A DNA stretch of 64,000 nt from Octopus vulgaris (lineage: Eukaryota), in assembly GCA_951406725.2 (NCBI GenBank), contig OX597818.1, positions 2,356,001-2,420,000 of the forward strand. Reading direction: 5' to 3'. The first letter of the stretch is position 1; every line of letters starts with the position of its first letter. Of this stretch, positions 1-14,736 are shown one piece after another. The notes under the pieces were generated by a model. The model saw only the letters and a program-made list of their open reading frames with translations. It searched no databases and was not told where the DNA came from. A program made the translations under genes and the position numbers.

Positions 1-341
1 TTTTGAATAACAATCTGTCAGCATTTCATTTCAACATGACATATCATATATGACAATATGATATGTACACCAGTTTGCCAACACTAACATATTATATAGC
101 AATAAATAAAGGTAGAAATATTAAACTCCTTTGAAATATCGATTCTGTTGAAAATTTACTAGGATGGACAGACAGTCTCTCTCTCTCTCTCCCATTCCTA
201 CCTTGTAAATATTGTTTGGAAAGGTTTGATAACCTTTTGTTATTGAAAATACTCTGTATCTACTTTTGCCCATCTCCCCATATCTATCCATGTCCTCTTC
301 CTTCATCATCAGTGATTTCATTATGCATTTTTATTTTGTAG

Positions 342-427
342 GGAGTGGAGTCAGCTGTGGCAAAACCCTCCAGCGCTTTCCTGAAAATGACTGGGATGAC
401 TGCCCATATACCCAAGGGGTAGAATTG
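342..427 (+). CDS. SBF2: SBF1/SBF2 (MTMR5/MTMR13) uDENN coding exon, internal (first coding exon lies upstream of the window)
   Basis: ttttgtag acceptor and gtgagt donor; translates (G)[28 protein letters not shown], matching recalled human SBF2 [29 protein letters not shown]; phase-0 end joins the next exon. An invertebrate gene would be co-orthologous to SBF1 and SBF2. Confidence 0.92.
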
Positions 428-3400
428 GTGAGTTTTATATATCTGAGTGATATTTCATTGTATTTAGTTAGTTATTGTTTTCCTATTTAGTCTTCTGATT
501 AAACAAAGCTATGAGACATTCCAGTTGTAGCCATCCAAGGCTATTTACTGTGGATTATACTATTCAATGTATTAGTAGGGTGTAGTTGAAGAAGTTTCCA
601 TTACTGTTTCTAATATCCTCAATCACTACATAAATAACTTCTCATTGCTTTAACTTGCTTTCTTAATGCTATTGAAATTTATTTCTTGGTTGGAGAAAGA
701 AAACAATTGTTAGCAAAAAGCAGAGAATTAATTGCACAGATAATTGAATTTTTCTATTTGTTGTTAAACAAGATAACTGCTATAAACATATTTCTTACCC
801 TATAAGAATTTATCTATGAAATAGTAGTCTTTTTTAGTTTGATTTGGTCATTTTTACATGTAGAATTATTTGTAGCAAATATAATTTGCATAATTAATTT
901 GTGGCAAGTATAATTTGCATAATTAGAAATGGGAAAGTAGCTCTAGTGAGCCAGTATCATGAATTTAAAGCAGTTTTCAACAAATCATTTGAGAAGATAT
1001 CTTACTAAGAGTCTACATTTACTGATAGTTGCAGCTGTGACAGCAGCACACTGATCCGGATATGATAGTACTGTGGGCTTCACCTGAACTTTGTAGAAGG
1101 TAATTATAAGAAGACTAGTCTGAGAGACAGTTGGAATGTTGATGTTGTGAGTTCCCCAGATGTTATGTGAGGAGGTCCAGCATGTTGTCAGTTTGCTAAA
1201 TCCCAACAAGTAAATTATTTTTATAATTTCATCTTTACTGAGGAACTCCCCTCCCACCTAGTGTGTGTGTGTGTTAAAAGTTTAATTAATAGCTAATAAT
1301 AGCTAATTCATGTCACCAAATGGTTTCATGCTGAAGAACCTTCCAAACATGGGAGAGGTAAATTGATTATCAAACATATCTGAATGAGAATTTATGACTT
1401 GGGTTCTTTGTTATTGGAGGACTAAAAACCATCACAGCTAATGGGGCTCAGAGATCTGGTTTAAAAACTGAATGAAACTCTAATGGAAGTATGTGGAACC
1501 CTGCAGTAGGGTTCCACATACTTTCTGTCCAGCATATTTCATTCATGAGGGTTTTGATTGACATGAAGCTATGATAGATGGTACAGTGGAACTGGATCCA
1601 AACCACATAGCTCAGAAACAAAATCTTCTTAACTACACAACTATGCCAGGATAATCTCTCAGAAAGATGTTGCAAGCTGTTCTACAATTATGTGGAATCC
1701 TGCTACATTCAGTTAAACAGTCCTGGCATTGTTAGCTGGGGTTCTAGAGTTTACCTCATCAGATAGCTACACTTCTCCCTCAATATGTTGCTGATTACAT
1801 TGTTGCAATTATTGTTGTCAAGTATCAAATCAGATTTAGATTGTGGCAATTATTCTTCTTAAGCACTAAAGCAGACTTAATGCAGCAGATATCTAGTTGG
1901 TAGAATATACTCTGAGGAAGGTTTAACTGTAATTTTGAGCTAGTTAATTGGTCATATAGGGGTTCCATTACTGGCTTGTTGAAAATGAATTGTGGTTTGT
2001 GATAGAACAAAATCCAGCTGGGTTGTCTTTCACTACATCTTTGTCCTTATACTTACATTGTAAAATGGTGAGAACATTTGGTCCAACATTTTCGTGTCAA
2101 ACACAGGAAAACTGGTGAGTGGAAAATTGAGAGCTGGAGTTAGGAATCCATCTGACTGTGAAATATTGGCATTATTGATTGGTAAATATAGAAATGTTGT
2201 GACTCTCCATTTCTACGGAACCCTACAGTATTATTACCGTTGTCAAAACTATATTGATATCAAGTTTCCGCTCTAACATCTGTAGCTATTTTGCTGTAAC
2301 CATATCAAGGTTAGGAAGAAGGAAGGCTCTTTTGGTTAATAAATATTGATATATAGGAAGTCTATATTCCATCTTAAACTTAGAGGACTTAAGAAAATAG
2401 CTAAATTTTGATGTATATGATGTAAATGAGTTGAGATAGAAAACCCATCTGTATTAATGGATAATGTTTGTAATTCATAGCGATACTTTACTCAGAAAAT
2501 TTGTAAAACTTCTTTAAGTAGGAACCTTTGAGAAATCTTTAAATTTACTGCTGTTTATGTGCCACATTATCTGAAGTCTGTGAGAGGAAATGTTTGAAGA
2601 AAACTGATGCAGGAATGGTTTAAAGGTTAAAAGAGGATAATGTTGGTGGTATGTGATGAAAGAAAGTTGTGTCATGGAGGGAGAACAGCTGGAAGAATTT
2701 CTCTGATAAATGATTTGTTGGCATGAGAGGTGGCACAGTAGTTGAAGCTTGAGATCATTCGGAGTTGGACAAAGCATCAACTAATCAAGTATTGACTAAA
2801 GTTTAATCCTCAAAATTACTTAAGTTACAAAATACAAATCTGTTCTCTGATACAGAGAGCCTCTTTAAAATCTGGGAAGGTTTTCTTAGATGTAATCTCT
2901 AAAACATTCTCTGAGAAGTGCTAAGACTGAACAGTGCCAAGCTATCTATCATTCCTGGTTCATGTATTTGTTGCCCACTTCAAATACTGTATCTGTGGCT
3001 GTTATACCATGCCTGTATGAAAGACCATTATTATAAAGCTGTACGCTGTCTTGTTTCATAGACATAGCTGTCTACATGGACAGTAAGCCATTAACATCAT
3101 AAGATTATAATATTAAAAGTCTCTGTTGAAGAATCTGTATGGAATCTATAATATGAAATTAGAGAATGGATCTTCAATTAACATTCTGAATTAAAATACA
3201 AATATTCTCAGTAGTAAAGTAGCTTTCTCTATAAATTTCATATGTGTTCTCTTGTGATTTTAACTTTTTCTATAGAATACAAATCTCCTCTATAGTTATG
3301 GTAGGAGGGATAGACAGGTGGGTCCTTGAAGATGGACAGTGAAACAGTGAAAGGTTAGAAACCTACATAATTGATAATCTGTGACTTTGAAACTACTAGA

Positions 3401-3583
3401 CTATTTCACAAGATTTTGGTCACTAGCAATGATACTATAATAATTACAGTATTAGGAGTGTATTGCAGTTCGCTTGAAGCATTGTGCATTGTTTGTAAAA
3501 TATAATGTGTCTTGAATGGCACAACAATGCACTATAATAATAACAATGGACTATAATAACTGTTATAATTTAATCGTCCTTAG

Positions 3584-3626
3584 TCTGATATAATATTTCA
3601 GAATACAAAAATTCCTTCTTCAGAGA
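3584..3626 (-). ncRNA. Type-I hammerhead ribozyme motif (Penelope pLTR type)
   Basis: Reverse complement reads tct CTGAAGA A GGAAT ttttgt ATTCT GAAA TATTATA TC aga; core intact, stem I short; about 200 nt downstream of the GIY-YIG stop. Confidence 0.65.
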
Positions 3627-4797
3627 TCCCTAGCAATTGAGCGAGTCACTGCTATAAGCAGTTTTCCAACAGTTTTTTTTTTCCTGGAAGTGTCTCTGCA
3701 GTGGTTGACACATCCGTAGCATTGCTTCTAAGTTATGTATTATATGTGCAGTTTCCTTATTTTTTCTTTATAAACAACACATGAGCATGTTATCAAAAAT
3801 GAACCTACACACATCCAGATGTAGCTAAATAATATATTGACTGCCAACCTCCAGTTTGTTGTTAATTTGGGGCCCTAGTCTGTGTATGAGGATAGCTTCC
3901 TTAATTCTTAGAATACCCAAATTTCTTTCATTGGCCTCAATTGTGACTGTTATGCTTTTGTCAGTGTTCTGGCATTTGTCTAGAGTTTTTCTGAAAGAGG
4001 AGGCTCTTGTGTTCAGATGTTCTTTGATGTGAATGTGTATAGGTCTTGTTGTGCTACCCACAAAGAACTTGTTGCATTTGTTACATTGTATTCTATACAC
4101 AATATTTACCCGTTGGCATAAATCTGTGTCACAGATGGAACAGTTTGCTAATGTGCATTGATTGCTATCCATTGATTGTTTCTTTGCTAGGTGTCTCTTT
4201 AGAGAGAGGGGCTGGAGTGGGCTAGTTGTATGTCTAGCATTTCTCTTCTTATGGCTCTTCAGATAGCTATAGTTATCCTCTTGCTAAAATGAGGTATTTT
4301 AAGGAAGCATGTGTTGCTGGGTTTCCTTTGTGTTTGGCGTGTCTCTCGTTTTGTTTACTTAAGCCGATTTACAATGGATATAGGGTACCCGTTGGGTTTC
4401 AATATCTCTAGGAAGCATGTAGTGTGGGTCACCTTGTCCTCTGTCCTGCTGCACTTGGTCTGGATGCATGCAAGTCCATTTCTGGCATATCCTATTTTGC
4501 CACCGAGTGGAAGGGCTGAACTGTACTGAACAAACATATCTCTGCTGGTTGCTTTCCTGTAGAACTCAAGGTGGATCTCTCCATCTTCCGTTACTTTCTG
4601 TTGGAAGTCCAGTATTGTCGGGATGTTCTATAGTGAACTGTATGTTCATATCCATGTTGTTGAATGTTGTGAATATTCTGTCAGCCTCTTCATGGGAGGA
4701 TGTCAGTATGAGGATGTCAACTACGTATCTGGTGAAGAAGGTGCATGAATGGCAGATGTTGAGTGCTCAACGTTCCAAATGGTTCATACAGGTGATA
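3584..4797 (-). mobile_element. Penelope-like element fragment: RT C-terminus, GIY-YIG endonuclease and 3' hammerhead region (degenerate)
   Basis: Minus-strand RYVDDIL RT motif near 4720; ORF 3825-4172 carries VYRIQCNKCNKFFVGSTTRPIHIHIKEH (GIY-YIG) and KEAILI...PQIN; frameshifts present. Confidence 0.85.
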
Positions 4798-4799
4798 GC

Positions 4800-5335
4800 T
4801 AGTATTGAAGTCACCAGCCACAAAGAGAAGGTCCCTGTCATTCGTCAACGCGGTAGTCTGCAAGAGGGTGTCATAGAATCGGTCTTTCTGTCCATTGGGT
4901 AGCCTCGGCTGAGGGGCATAGGCCGAGATAATGGTTGCTAACCCATGATGAAGCACTAATCTAATCTTAAGTATACTGTCGCATACTCTGACTGCCTCAA
5001 TTTCCTTATCTACCCATTTCTCCCCAAGAAATATACCCACGCCCCCAACCCCATCCAGAAAATCTTGTACCTGTGTTCTTTGCCTGTGAGGAAGCTAGCA
5101 GAACCTCCTCTTCCACCTTACTTCTTGGATGCAGCACATATCGACACATCTCCGTTCAAGCATCTCAACAATCACACCAGACCTTCCTTTCAGTGTGCCA
5201 ATGTTGAGAGTGCCACCCCTGAGGGTGTGGGAAGTATGGGCCCTTGAGACCCTGGGACAGGGTACAGTAGTGTCATGTACCTGAAAAGAGAGCTTGCATT
5301 TGGCAGAATTCATAAACAAGCAATAGCTTTAAGTT
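4800..5335 (-). mobile_element. RTE-clade LINE fragment (APE endonuclease N-terminus)
   Basis: Motifs TLNIGTLKGRSG, CCIQEVRW, ISAYAPQ and VAGDFN spread over frameshifted ORFs 5095-5319 and 4717-5040; abuts the Penelope fragment. Confidence 0.85.
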
Positions 5336-6399
5336 CAACCTGCGTACACTACACTATCATATTTTTGCACTATGTGATCACTACCTTACATAGTAGGGGT
5401 GGGGATGGCGTAAGCCTTTAGAAGCGTTCATGGGAGACAACCAAAGGTTGACAAAAATAGGGACTTCTGGTACAGTTGGAGGGGGTGGGAGGGTGGGCGT
5501 ACCTCCAGCTAGCAAATTTGGACAAGAACGAGAGCATCTCCTGGATATGTATTCTTTGAGCAGAGGTGTTAAGAATTGAGTAAGGGAGTCAGCGTGTGTG
5601 CGCTAGTTTATATAGGGTGGTAGTGGAGGAAGTAGGAAGTCTTGGCGAGGGGAGTGGTAATCAAAAGAGAGAGAGACACACAGACAGAGTGAGGCCGAGA
5701 GAGGGAGACAGTGATACAGAGAGAGGGAGTCAGAACATGAGAAAGATATTCTTTTGGGATATGTGTGGCATAGTTAATTTAATGAGACAGCAAATGTTGA
5801 TAATAGTAAATAAAATTGAAGAATCTGAGAGTCAGTCTAAGACAAATTTAGAGGAGAATGACTGTGTGATAGACTTGAATAGATGGATGAATGAATGAAT
5901 ATGTTGCGGTTAAGGAAGTGCGTGAACTAAGGTTATCTTAGGCAACAAGGAAGACAAAAATATAGAACTATATTTACATGATGATATGGTACTGATATAG
6001 ACAGAATAATGTAAAGGAGCTAATAAGGGGTTTATAATCTGCGCAAAAATAGAAGGGTCGATGATGGGGTTGAAAAAGACAAAAAACTTATCTGGGCATC
6101 TTCTGAGATACGTATTTTCAGCCGAGATATTGAAGAAAGCTGAAAAGGAAAGTGCAGACTGCTCTAAGGAAAATTAAACAGGAATGGTAGAATTAGCTAA
6201 AGGGGCACAAGAAACAGCTGATAGAAATGATGCCAAGGGTTTGAACTCTTATGTTAAGGAGGTATATAGCCTAAAATCTTCTTCAATAGCTCCTCATCAG
6301 CAACTCTTAACACCTAGGGTTAAACTCAACTACCTCTGACCATCTTATAAGAAAATTGTTGAAAACGTGTTCATTTTCAAAATGCTAAAAGTGTAAACA

Positions 6400-7365
6400 A
6401 CAAATTAAATGGGTGGCTTATTTGCAATTTGAACCTAAAAGTAAAATCAATAGAGGTTGCAAAGGGATGGAAGGTACTAACAGTACTATTGCTAGAAATA
6501 AGAGTTAAAACAGAGGATACTTATGGTTTCAGATCTTATAAAAACCCACCATGTATTAAAGACCTAGAAAAATTTGAAATTGATCTTATAAAGTTAGTTA
6601 GAATGTAAAATTTAACCAAAAACCCCACAAGTTCCAATACATATTACAGACATATATTAAACCTTTGAAAACATCAACAAACATGTTTATTAAAGCATAC
6701 AAAACAAAACATATTAATGAAGTATCCATCACACACACACACAACAAATTACTAACTCACAACATAACTAAAACATACAAGAAACAAATCCCATCACTTA
6801 TAATTCAATTAATGTAGTAGCAAAAATTTTAGCCACAAGGTTTGAAACAGAAGACAGTAGAAAGGATTATCCCATGAAGAAAGACTATAGAAATAACCTC
6901 ACACAAAATCCTAGCTGTAGATTAATAAATCCCACAGAATGTGAAAAATCCATATTAGATAATATCATACGACATATCAGAGCATACTCAAACCTTACTC
7001 AATGGATAAGCAATAGTGCAACTATTGAATGGTTTAAGAAAATAGAAGATAAATCCAAATGCAAATTTATACAATTTGATATCATAGAGTTTTACCCCTT
7101 GATCTCCAGAAGCTTACCTCAGAAGGCACTTGAATTAGTCAGGCATATGTTACCATAACAAATACTGATATAGATATAATTATGAACGCAAGGAAGTCTC
7201 TGCTCTTTCATGATAATTCCTCTGCGGTAAAAAAGAATGAGGATGAGTTATTTGACATAGCAATGGGGACCTAGGATGGTACAGAAAGGTCCTACCTAGT
7301 AGGCTACTATATCCTAAAGATTTTAAAAGAAATAAAAGAAGCTAACATAGGTTTATATAGGGATG
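6400..7365 (+). mobile_element. Penelope-like RT fragment (degenerate)
   Basis: NPSCRLINPT...WISNSATIEWF...KFIQFDIIEFYPLIS followed by FDIAMG and IGLYRD-like motifs with stops; boundaries approximate. Confidence 0.75.
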
Positions 7366-7401
7366 CATGTATATGCATACACACGCGCACACACACACAC
7401 A

Positions 7402-7433
<32 letters not shown>

Positions 7434-7683
7434 ATATGTGACAATTGGTTGGTTGCCATAATAAAACTCAGAGTTTTGGATGTCAGGGTGGAAGTCTGCT
7501 CCGGCATCTCATCAGTAATTAAGACAAACAAAAATGCTATGAAAATGACTGTTAAATAAAGGTGAAATTACTGTGAAGATGACCGTTATTAAGACAAACA
7601 AAAGAGCTATGAGAATGACCGTTAAATAAAGGGAAATTACCTGAATAGGGAGAAAGTAAAATTACTCGAAGAAGGTAAAATCA

Positions 7684-8288
7684 TGCTCATAGAATCCACA
7701 TATGCGTGCATGTACCTACATATACATGCATGCATGCACACCCACGTGCATGTGCATATATACATATACTCACTCACACTCGCATGAAACACATGCACAC
7801 CCACACACACATATATAAGAGCATGCATCCATACATATGGGAACATATACATATATATACCCGCACACATGCATGCACACACACATATATATACCCATAC
7901 ATGCACAATTATGTTCATATACATGTCTCTATATGCACATGCACAAATATGCAGGGTGAAAGGTAATGTACCGAAAAATATATAAATATATAAGCTTTAT
8001 ATAGTTGTATATTTTTTCTGTACATTACTTTTCACCCTGCATATTTGTGCATGTGCATATAGAGACATGTATATGAGCATAATTGTGCATGTATGGGTAT
8101 ATATACATGTGTGTGCGCGGGTATGTAGATGTGCATGTTTACATATGTATGGATGCATACATATATGTATGTGTGTGTGGGTATCCTTGTATGTGTTTCA
8201 TGCGAGTGTGAGTGAGTATATGCATATGGGTGTGTGTGCGTGCATGTGTATGTATGTACATGTATGCATATGCAGATTCTATGAGCAG
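7684..8288. repeat. ~600-bp imperfect foldback inverted repeat with CA/TG-rich arms
   Basis: catgtctctatatgcacatgcacaaatatgcagggtgaaa mirrored by tttcaccctgcatatttgtgcatgtgcatatagagacatg; outer tgctcatagaatc mirrored by gattctatgagca; centre near 7994. Confidence 0.85.
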
Positions 8289-10269
8289 ATTTATTTCAGA
8301 TTCCAGATTGCTTTATATCTTAGCTCTCAATCCATGTTGTTTAATTTTATCTCCAAACCTTTCTAGTTTGTGAGTCCATACTTTATTTATCATCTATGAA
8401 TGATTATTTGTTTATTTTGTTAGTGTACCAATTAGAAAGAATTATGTCTGTTGGTTGAATGCAAGTTAGAAACAATATGTTGGTTGCTGTGTTTATTAAT
8501 TTTGGGTTCCACAAATCCATGGAACATTTGGGTTGTTGTTCCCCACTCACCCTTGAAGCTCATTTCAGCCCCCTTTTCTGTGATTTCACTAAAAATTTGA
8601 AATATTCTCTATCACTCTCTATTGTCTGGTGATTATTGGATATTTATTGCTAATTACTAGATAGAAAGTAATTTATTTAGTTGTAATCAGTAATGTATGA
8701 GATCTATTTATAAGTATGATGAAGCAAAGTGAGTTGTGCATTTGTTTTGTTGATAAATTCTATGAAACAGGAAAGTAATTGGTAGAGGTAAGGCATAAAA
8801 TGTCTGTAGTTGATGTGCCACAAAGTGTCTATAGTTGATGTATCTCATATAACAGGGTACCTCATATAATAACGTTTGCAAGCATGGGAAGCAGGCCTTA
8901 TGTGAATGAATATTTGCTTGAACATGATACACTCAATTGTCAGTCATGTTACACAGGTTGGTGATCAGTTAGAGTCTGCTTATACTGCAAAAATGTCCTA
9001 GCAACCACCCACAATGCTCAGCTGTACAGAATGCACTGACTATTGATTGTATTCACATTACTGCAAGGCTATGTATTTTTTTATACAGATTTATGTACTT
9101 ACCCTCAACATGGGGCCAAGAACAGAAAAAATATGAAGGTGCCTGATCCTTACAAATGACACAAAATGTATTCTCTGTAGGAAAGAGTAGAGATAATCAA
9201 GAAAATATGTGACAATAGAAGCTTTGTTGTTGAAGGTTTTAAGACTGGTGTCAATGAATTTACTATTCATTCTATTTACAAAGTGCATTATCTTTTTTAG
9301 CCCAACACCTGTGATAAACAAGGATAAATGTAACAGAAATACTGCTGTTACTGTTGAACAATATCATATGAAATAAGATGACTAAGAACTTGTTCCTTGA
9401 AATTTTTGTGTTCATAATGTCAACTTCCCTATTTTGGTAGTAGGCCTGTCATTTCAATGTTCTTTGTAAAAATTATTTAGGATCTTTCAATCATGCTGTT
9501 TCTGCTGTTCTCTAACTTCACTTTGAAGTATATTGTATGTGAGATAAATGAGGAAATACTTGTCCTACACTTTTATCGTTTCAATCAGTGATGTATAGTT
9601 TAATTAGGTTTAGTAAACAAGCTAGGCAGTGTTGGTTGTGTAAAATAGCCAGTGGCATTTGAGAAATATGCTTATGCAGCAATCTAGTTTAACTATTTGT
9701 ATAAAAGTATTTTTCTGTGTGCTTCAGTTTCAGCAACATTGCTAATGTTTGTGGAAGTTTTAATTCTGCCCTCCTTTGAAATAAAATCCTGCAACGTTTT
9801 GGTCTAATTTCCAGCACAGGTTTATCTCTGCTGATATTAGTATTAGTTTTCAGTGAAGGTTACTTTGTTATGACTATACTGTACAACTTTACACTATTCT
9901 TTAAAATATTGTAATCCTCTTTTCAAGAAAGTTACCAGCAATGCTGCTGATAAAAACTTATCTATAAATTCCTGTAACGATGTTAATTGTCTGTAGATTT
10001 CTTTAATTGTAACAAATAATTTTTTTAACAGTTATCATTACAGATAGATTTGGTCATATGCTTAAGGCTACTGCTAGTTAACAGATGCCTATCGGAATAT
10101 CAAGAAGGATATTACAAAAATCAAACTACAAAACTTTTGCAGTCTTATGATGTCTATCTGCATTTAGGTTTTTATTTTTCTGTTTTGTTTTTCCATAAGA
10201 CAATTTATCTTGAATTTATCTTAAAAAGCTATAAGGAATCATTTACTTTTATCATTTTACTTTTATCAT

Positions 10270-10570
10270 TTACTTGTTTCAGCCTGGTACTTAATGTTCT
10301 TGGTTTCTTTTGCTGAACCACTAAATTACATGGATGTAAAGACACCAACACTAATTGTCAAGTGGTGGTAGAGGACAAACAAAGATATACACACACACAT
10401 ATACATATATTATACAATGGGCTCTTTCAGTTTCTGTCTATCAAATCCACTCACAAGGCTTTGGTCAGCCTGAGGCTATAATAGAAGGCACTTGCCCAAG
10501 GTACCACACACTGGGACTGAACCTGGAATCATGTAGCTGAGAAGCCAACTTCTAACCATGCAGCCACGCC
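10270..10570 (-). mobile_element. tRNA-derived SINE (common octopus type), decayed
   Basis: Homologous to the 16170-16540 copy (tctttcagtttc...aaatccactcacaaggctttggtcagcc.gaggctata.tagaag.cacttgcccaagg); A/B-box-like head on the minus strand; further decayed copies near 12240-12380, 13805-13960 and 58000-58095. Confidence 0.75.
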
Positions 10571-13500
10571 CTAGCCACACTTGTGCCAATAAAACACTTG
10601 AGCATGATTTTACTTAACTGATGTATATTTTGTCTCTTTGTTATATATTTGTTAAATGACATGGTTATTATTTTTATTTTTCCACATTAAGAATTGAGAA
10701 TGTTGCTATAATTTACTTTAAACTTCGAACATGTAAATTTTAATTGAATAACTTTCTCAATAGTTTGGTAGTTTATATGGTAGAAATGGAATAGTCATTT
10801 CGGTTTTAGTGACATAATTGAGAGAATTTGAGGAGAATTAAAAGATGCTAGCTAAAATGTGAAGCACAGTGAATATATTTGATATAATGATACAAAGTTG
10901 TATAACTTGCCATATACAGGAAGTTACTTTGATATTGTACCTGGAATTTAGATATATCTATTTATTCTTGTAGATTTCACATGAAGTATTTTAAATATAT
11001 TAATAGTTATCACCAAGCTAACATGACAGTCCAGGAAAATAGGATGTATGCTCTCGTTGATTAGCTTCAAGAGGCCATCACCTCTAGCTAGCTATGTGAC
11101 ACATGAACCTGTGTCCATTATAACCTTCAAACAGGGGAGGTCACCCTAACCCACTGTCTTTGTATCAGTTTTATTGACTTCTCAAAGCTACAAGATAATG
11201 CATGATCAATTCAAAACAATGTGAATAAATAAGCATAATATTTGACATAGTTATCTGAATGATAAAATGCTTTAAAAAATCACTATTCGCATGGCTGTCT
11301 GGTTAGATGCTAGCTTCTGAAACAAGATAAGAGATAAAAAGTATTCCCTTTAAAGTCTTCTATTTGTGCAACGACCACTGATTCAGATCTCTTCAAGAAA
11401 GTCTCAATAGGTTAAATAACTTATATTTAACCTATTTATTTTCAAATGCAGCACAATTTTATCATTGTCTGTGTTTCACTGTTATGCAGTTCCATACCAT
11501 TCTATTTATAGCTTATATTCCAATATATTTGTGTTGGAATATAAACTAGAAAAAATACCTAACAAACCAACAAAAAAGAAAAAAAAATTTCCTACTTAAA
11601 GAACAGTATCTTCACTTTTTCCAGCTGCCTTTCAACCCTAGTCCATATCTTTAGCCTGGTTCCATTTTCAGTGCTAGTAGATAAATTTACTTTGGTAACA
11701 CAGATTTTGATTTTTCTCATTGAATGATAATGGCTTTGTTCTTACCTTTTTATACAACTAGCAACCACAGGCAGTATTTCTGGTGTAGTTAAACCCTTCA
11801 TTCTACATCAGTTCATCCAGACATCATTTACCTTTTACAGACCCAGTATTTGCTCTTTGTCTGTTTTCTTCCTACTTACTGTGCAAAGTCCTACTCAAAT
11901 GATAGCAGGCCTAGGGAGTCCTTTGTTTTTAATTTGTATCTATGTTCATTCTTCCTCTATTCAGTGTGAGTATGCGTGTGCATGTGTGTTGTATAGAAAT
12001 GACAGTGTCATCATCATCATCATTTTAAAGTCCACTTTTCCATACTCCATGGAGTTTGAGGCAGATTTTCTACTTATGGATGCCCCTGCAGTTGCCAGCC
12101 CTCACCTGTTTTCATAGCCAGACATGTTTTTGTAGAATGGTGGATATGAAATATACAGCTTATATGAAAGTGGCACTCATTTACAACTATCAGCTAATGT
12201 CAAGTTGACACAAACATACACTCACATACATACATACATATGATGGCTTCTTTCAGTTTCTGTCTACCAAATGCACTCACAAGACTTTATAGTAGAAGAG
12301 ATTCCATGTAAAGGAAATGAACCCAAAGCCATGTGGCTGGGAATCAAATTTCTTAACCAATTAGCCATGCCTGCCCCTGTATGTGTTGTGCAGAAATGAC
12401 TGTGTAAGAAAGTGTGTGTGTGTGAGAGAGAGTGAAAGAGAGATACAGAAGTGATTCTGTGTGTATGCATGTGTGGATATATGATTGATGGTAGATATCC
12501 AACTGTGGATTCCTTTATGATTACCTCTGGAAATAGAGAAGACATCATCTCAATGCTGTTCTTTAAGTTTTACTGACCACCACATATTGCTAACAGTGCT
12601 CTCAGTGTTAATATAGAAAACTAAATTCTTGTTTGCAATCTATATTTGTTAATGGATGTATTCTAATGTTAAGAACAGAAATTGTTCACTAGAAAATGGA
12701 ACTAACTTCTATATCTTCAGCTAACAGACTAATAAACTGTAAAAATAGAGAAAAATATTGATAAAAATCTGTTATATAACATTAGGGGAAGTAATGGTGG
12801 TGGACAGGTGAGGAAAAGAGAAATAAACCAAAAGAATTTTGGTGGCTAGCTATTGCATACTGATTATTTCATCAATGGTGCTATTGACCTTATTTTGGCA
12901 CCTTTTCACATGGCATGATCTACTCTTATATTCCTCCACACCTGTCTTATTACCAAACTACAAAACTAACAATTTCCTCTCTGGAATCAGAAAACGACAG
13001 TTGTGAAAGGTTTCAAACATTTATACGTATGTATAACAGGGTTACCAAGTATGTTGCAAGACAAAAAACCCTCAACTGGGAGTAGGGAAGTAGTATTGAT
13101 GGGGTGTGGATTTGTGACAGTTGAAAGATTAAAGGTATAAAAACAAGGTGATGTTTCCTTCTAGAGTCATACTGACTCATAAGGGCCAGTTTCCTGGTTA
13201 CCATGGTGTATATATTGGATAGGACACTGGTGCATCACAGGATTACTCATTTTTGCCCACTGAGTGGACTGGAGCCACCAAGCTACATGCTTCCACTAGA
13301 TTAAAGGTATAGAAATTCATTGATAAGTGTCTTGGTGTAGTATAGATACATGGATACTCCAGTTGGGTGAAATGATACAATGGTTTGGACCAGGCGAGTG
13401 GGAAAGATTGAGGTGATTGTAGTAAATGATGGAGAGAAATATAGAAGATGCTCAAGAGTAGGAGTTATGGTAGATGTGTGAGGGTATTGAGAGCAGTAGC

Positions 13501-14478
13501 AAGTGAGGTGTTGATGATGGTGATTTACTGAAAGTCTATTGTTCAGCCTGATTTTAAACTAGGTTGAATAGAAGTGCCACAGAGCAGAATAGAAGGCCCA
13601 CAAAAACTTATTCTAATGATGCAAAACACACTAACACTGTTAGAAACTGAGGAAGGAATGAAAGATCATCATCATCATCATTGTTCAACCATGGTCAAGA
13701 CAATGGAATTTACCATGCTACGCCAGACTTCACGGTCCATCATGGCATTACAGAGGTCCTGTTGATACTGAAAGATACTGTGTGAGGATTGTGTTCATTG
13801 TGATTGGTGAGGCATGGTTGTGTCATTAAAAGGTTTGCTTCACAACCCTGTAGTTTCAGGTTCAATTCCATTGCATAGCATTTTGAGGAAGTCTCTTCTA
13901 CTATGATATTTGGTTGACCAAAATCTTCTGAGAGAATTTGGTGGATGAATAGGAAACTCATTGTGTGTGCATGTGCTCATGTGTCCTTGTCTTGACATTT
14001 ATGTGCTGTTTGTAAACAAAGACACAGTTCATGCAAAATTGGCATCATATGCTGCAAGTTTCCATGAAAATGTCCACACATTAAGCTGTCCATATCTGAA
14101 GGACTTGAGATACTAATACTTTGCTTGGAAACAGGTAAGGACTGCAATAGGAAGAGATAGCCAGCCATAGAAAATCTGCCTCAAAGAGCTTCATCTGATC
14201 TATGGATGCATGGAAAAGTGGATTTTAAAACAATTATGATACTTATTAAATAGAAAGGGAAGTTGGGTAATTAAAGGAAATTAAGGAAATGTCTTCATGT
14301 TGGAGTGTTTTCTGTGAGATATTGTTCAAGCTGTGTGTTCTTTTGGACAAAATCTTGATAGACAACACTGTCCAGCCCAATGTGGCTTGCTACTAAAAGT
14401 AATAATTTGTTATTTATAAATATTAACTTTTGTATAATTTTTAATTTAATCTAAATTTGTTTCATCACTGTTTTACAG

Positions 14479-14736
14479 TTTTGTCAGCCAGCAGGATGGC
14501 AGTTATCAACACAAAGATTGCAGCCCACATTTTTTGCAGCTGTGTTGACAGACATTGATGCTGACAGACATTATTGTGCATGCATGACATTCAATGAAGC
14601 AGTTGCCATGACACCCACCAAACCAGATGATGAAGAGGAAGAACAAGATGGTTCAGGCTTGGTGCATCATTCACTGATGTTTGCTCCTAAAACCATCCTG
14701 CTTGTTTCTCGAATGAATAACTTTGAGGCTTTAAAG
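14479..14736 (+). CDS. SBF2: SBF1/SBF2 DENN-region exon
   Basis: ttttacag acceptor and gtaaca donor; FCQPAGWQLSTQRLQPTFFAAVLTDIDADRHYCACMTFNEA...MFAPKTILLVSRMNNFEALK matches SBF2 [38 protein letters not shown]...FAPKSLVLVSR. Confidence 0.95.

Noticed and set aside
1326-1380. CTGAAGA followed by a hairpin, a possible hammerhead
   Set aside because: No GAAA or UH in register; indistinguishable from chance.
985-3100. Possible ancient LINE remnant on the minus strand (NMLDLL-like fragment)
   Set aside because: Too decayed to support a family call or boundaries.
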